From Octopus bimaculoides (lineage: Eukaryota), in NCBI RefSeq assembly GCF_001194135.2, contig NC_069000.1, positions 36,143,372-36,195,732 on the forward strand: a DNA stretch of 52,361 nucleotides, written 5' to 3'. The notes beneath the pieces are model-generated. The model was not told the origin of the DNA. It ran no database searches and saw nothing but the letters and a program-made list of their open reading frames with translations. Below, in pieces: positions 48,302 to 52,361 of the stretch; within the stretch, counting starts at the first letter, position 1, and each line of letters starts with the position of its first letter. The position numbers and the translations under genes were made by a program.

Positions 48302-50056
48302 CTTGAAGAAAATAAGAGAAATAGAAAAAATCAAAATGAGATAAAATAGTTACACTCTGTGAAACAGGTAGACAATGAGGCAAGGATGTATTCCTTTGGG
48401 TAAGAGCAGTGGCCAAAGCAATATTAATTCATATCGAGAGAATAACCACAGGATATCATTCTGCAGGTTGCATGAGTGATAGATATGATACAAAGTAGGA
48501 AGCGAGAAAGTGTGAAAGTTAGAGACAAAGTATACACACGCACACACAGTTTGAAGTTGTCAAAATACTGGTTTCAAGTTTTGGCACAAGGCCAGCAATT
48601 CTGGGGGGGAAGTGGGTGAGTCAATGACACTCACACCAGTGCTCAACTATTATTTTATCGACCCCGAAATGATGAAAGGCAAAGGCGGCTTCAATGGAAT
48701 TTGAACTCAAAACATAAAGATGGACAAAATGCTGCTAAGCATTCTGCCTGGTGTGCTAACAATCCTGCCAGCTAACTGCCTTAAGAAAATTTGAAAATTG
48801 GCTTCAAATTTTAGCACAATGCCAGTAAATCTGGGAGCGGGGATAAGTCAATTACATTGACCTCACTACTCAACTGGTGCTTATTTTATCGACCCCCAAA
48901 AGGATGAAAGACGAAGTTGATCTTGGCAGGATTTGAACTCAGAACATAAAGACAGACAAAATGCTATTAACCATTTTGCCTGGTGGTGTAAATGATTCTG
49001 CAGTTTACAATCTTAAATTGTCAAAATATTGAAACCATAGTCGTGGCTGTTTCCAGTGTCATGTAAATGGCACCTGTGCTGGTAGCACATAAAAAGCACC
49101 CATTACACTCTTGGAGTGGTTGGCATTAGGAAGGGCATCCAGCCATAGAGACCATGTCAAATCAAACTGGAACCTGATGCAGCTCTCCAGCTTACCAGTT
49201 CCAGTCAAACTGTCTAACCCATGCCAGCATGGAAAGCAGACGTTAAATGATGATGATTAACATCATGACTTAAATCTCATCAGTGTTGTGGCCCATAGGA
49301 AAGGCAGCACCTATGACCTTATACAGGGTCTTTAAAATAAATGACAAGAAAAGGATAAAATTATCGTAAGACTGGATACAGGAGCCAAATATTCGTAACA
49401 GAATGGACTTCATTAAAAAGTGTCCAAAAGCCATGTTGGTTGTGTTGAATTGGGTGATGAATTAAGCTGACCACCCAAGAGCAGATGCAGTCCATCTGCA
49501 GTTTCCGTTTACTCAATTTCATTCACAAAGTTATGGGCTCAACATGACATTTGTGTTAAAGGGAGCGCTTTATCCAATATGTACTATAGTGAGATCAAAC
49601 TCAGAACCGAGTGATTGCAAACCAAGCTCTTAAATCACATCGCCATGCTTAGGTTGAACTCATAACCCTAATGTGGTTGGTTCAAACAGAAATGAGTGTT
49701 ATGTTCAAAGATACAAATACAATGGCTATCATCATCAATCTCTTGACATTACAGTCTTGAGCCTTAGGATTCACAGGGCTAGTTGCCCACTTTCCATGGC
49801 ATATAAGTGATTGAGAAAATTCCCCCTTGACAGAAAGTCAGTCAGTCACAGGGTTACTCATTTACAGCTGAGTGGACTGGAGTAACATGAAATGAAGTGT
49901 TTTGCTTGAGAACACAATGTACTGCTCAGACAAAATCCTGACAAATCAAAAGTTTGTCTCCATTTGGAATGTGTGTATAAGATAGGGGGGGAGGGAGAGA
50001 GGAAAGAGAGAACACAGAAGAGAGAAGGAGAGCAAAGAGAGAGAAAGAGAGACGAA

Positions 50057-50101
<45 letters not shown>

Positions 50102-50645
50102 NNNNNNNNNNAGAGAGAGAGAGAGAGAGAGAGAGAGCGTGAGAGGCAGAATTAATTTTTTTTAGTGTTTCGTCAGGATGAAAAGGGAAGCACCCATAAG
50201 CTCTTTATTCACGCATTTATTTTTTTGTCAGGGCCTTTCAAACTAGTGGAAAGAAGTAGGGGAAGTTATCCTCAAACTAGAGAGCTGGCCTGAATGCTTA
50301 CTACTGCTATTTAACCCTAGGAAGCAGCACTACTTCCTGTTGGCCTTAACACATTTCCTGTGTCCTTAGGTTTGCAAGGGGGAGACAAGCACCTTCACTT
50401 AGCTAAGCCTGCATCCAGAGACATCAGTCTGGAGTAGCAATGGCCTGCTAGTTGGGGATGCCTGTCAAGCTCTTGTAAACATAATAATTCTAGTGAAACA
50501 CATTCACTGATTTCAAAAATAGAAATAATACATTTCTAAATCTCTCAGAGAGATTTATGCAGAAGTGATGTGATAAAGTAGTTGTATACTGCCAACTTAA
50601 TGTGACAATCCCATGAAGGGAATAATACTACTGCTATTTATATTT

Positions 50646-50678
<33 letters not shown>

Positions 50679-51212
50679 ATTGCAGCATGGAAGACATTTG
50701 TAAGCCATTCAAGAACACACAAACACCATTAGTTTCACTTCAACATTTAATTTTCATTTGTGTCAAAATATTTTCGTTGCTTTGAAACCTCAACCCACTC
50801 ACTGACAAGTTAGTTCATGCTATATATGTGTTTATGTATGTACATATGTATGTGAGCATTTACATATGTAAGTGTGTAGGTGTATCTTTATGCACTGATA
50901 TGTGTGTCTGTTCACATACACACGTACATGCATACATGTACACAAACATGCATGCATACATACAAACAAACACATATGTATATCATTAACTAATTGTTGC
51001 TTTCCCAGATGTAGCACCAACTTTTTGTCAGTGACCTGGTTGCAATTTCAAAGGGATGAAAATATTTCAACAAAAATGAAAATTAAACATTGAATTGAAA
51101 CTAAGGGTTTTTGCGTCTTCTTGAACGGCTTATAAACACCTTCCATGCTGCAATTGTTTTTGTTTCAGCACACAATCTAAGACCAAGTCACTTGCTATGT
51201 AAGTACATCCCC

Positions 51213-51256
<44 letters not shown>

Positions 51257-52129
51257 NNNNNNNNNNNNNNNNNNNNNNNNNNNNNNNNNNNNNNNNNNNN
51301 NNNNNNNNNNNNNNNNNNNNNNNNNNNNNNNNNNNNNNNNNNNNNNNNNNNNNNNNNNNNNNNNNNNNNNNNNNNNNNNNNNNNNNNNNNNNNNNNNNNN
51401 NNNNNNNNNNNNNNNNNNNNNNNNNNNNNNNNNNNNNNNNNNNNNNNNNNNNNNNNNNNNNNNNNNNNNNNNNNNNNNNNNNNNNNNNNNNNNNNNNNNN
51501 NNNNNNNNNNNNNNNNNNNNNNNNNNNNNNNNNNNNNNNNNNNNNNNNNNNNNNNNNNNNNNNNNNNNNNNNNNNNNNNNNNNNNNNNNNNNNNNNNNNN
51601 NNNNNNNNNNNNNNNNNNNNNNNNNNNNNNNNNNNNNNNNNNNNNNNNNNNNNNNNNNNNNNNNNNNNNNNNNNTTTTAGTTGAATGTATCGATGCTAGA
51701 ATTTTTTTTAATGATTTTTAACCAGCACATGAAGTTAAGTCTAGAAGGTATCTTCACTTGCTAGAAATAACAGCCAAACCACTTGAATTTCTTTCTTTTT
51801 TTTTTATTTTCTAAAAATCCTTTTACTTGTTTCAGTCATTGGACTGCCGCCATGTTGGGGCACCACCTTGAAGAATTTTTGGTCACAGAAAAATCAGCAT
51901 TTTAACATATATAAAGTCTTTTGTTTTCTTCTCTCAGCACTTACAGATTAATGAGAATAAGCTGACCTTTTGACCTTTCTCCAGCCATTGAAGGTCTAAC
52001 AGAAGGCTAGTCATTCAAACGCACTTCTTATCGTTTGTCTAAATAAGGAGATGGGTGTTTCTCCATAAAAATGACAAATTCTGGGTTTTTGTGAAGAAAA
52101 AACACATCAGAGACATGTGTAATACTCTT

Positions 52130-52361
52130 TTACTCTCTTTTACTTGTTTCAGTCTTTTGACTGTGGCCATGCTGGAGCACCGCCTTTTAGTCAAGCAAAT
52201 CGACCCCAGGACTTATTCTTTAGAAGCCTAGTACTTATTCTATCGATCTATTTTGCCAAACCGCTAAGTTACGGGGACATAAACACACCAGCATCGGTTG
52301 TCAAGCGATGTTGGGGGGACAAACACACACATACACACATACATACATATATATATATATA
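52130..52361 (-). mobile_element. tRNA-derived SINE (3' half, young copy)
   Basis: Reverse complement of the 3' half of 21670-22063, retaining CpGs. Confidence 0.85.

Noticed and set aside
1424-51680. Long ORFs containing X runs (e.g. 1424-2056, 23377-24456, 38533-39393, 51111-51680)
   Set aside because: They are open only because N-gaps contain no stop codons. Only 40951-41481 has real coding sequence (DNM1L).
51945-52006. Possible upstream DNM1L exon(s) (51945-52006 with gtaagt donor; also ~48357-48400)
   Set aside because: There is no recognisable similarity to the Drp1 variable-domain end (expected ..VNLL.), the acceptors are weak, and a ~54-nt intron would be needed. The true exon may be in the 51257-51674 gap or beyond the window.

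Overview
Eukaryotic, AT-rich, repeat-dense draft-assembly sequence with 13 N-gaps. The SINE, LINE and microsatellite content looks like a coleoid cephalopod (octopus-like; inference, not a database hit). Two intron-rich genes converge. On the + strand, 8 manually reconstructed, phase-consistent exons (4398-27663) encode the C-terminal half of an RI-type leucine-rich-repeat protein with an EF-hand-like motif (LRRC74A/B-like). On the - strand are two 3' coding exons of dynamin-related protein 1 (DNM1L/Drp1, GED domain; 48241-48301 and 41328-41504), whose stop codon probably lies in a gap. Between them is a disrupted multi-C2H2 zinc-finger reading frame (35130-36135, -). The rest is mostly RTE and CR1 LINE fragments, several tRNA-derived SINE families, mariner, hAT and piggyBac remnants, and a candidate 1043-bp solo LTR. 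The most unusual object is a ~330-bp insertion in a DNM1L intron (43090-43446). It combines a tRNA-like Pol III head with an apparently intact minimal type I hammerhead ribozyme, a perfect 62-bp inverted repeat and a 15-bp target-site duplication, so it may be a SINE/retrozyme hybrid mobilised by Penelope-like elements. Most entries of the supplied ORF track are artefacts of gaps or microsatellites.
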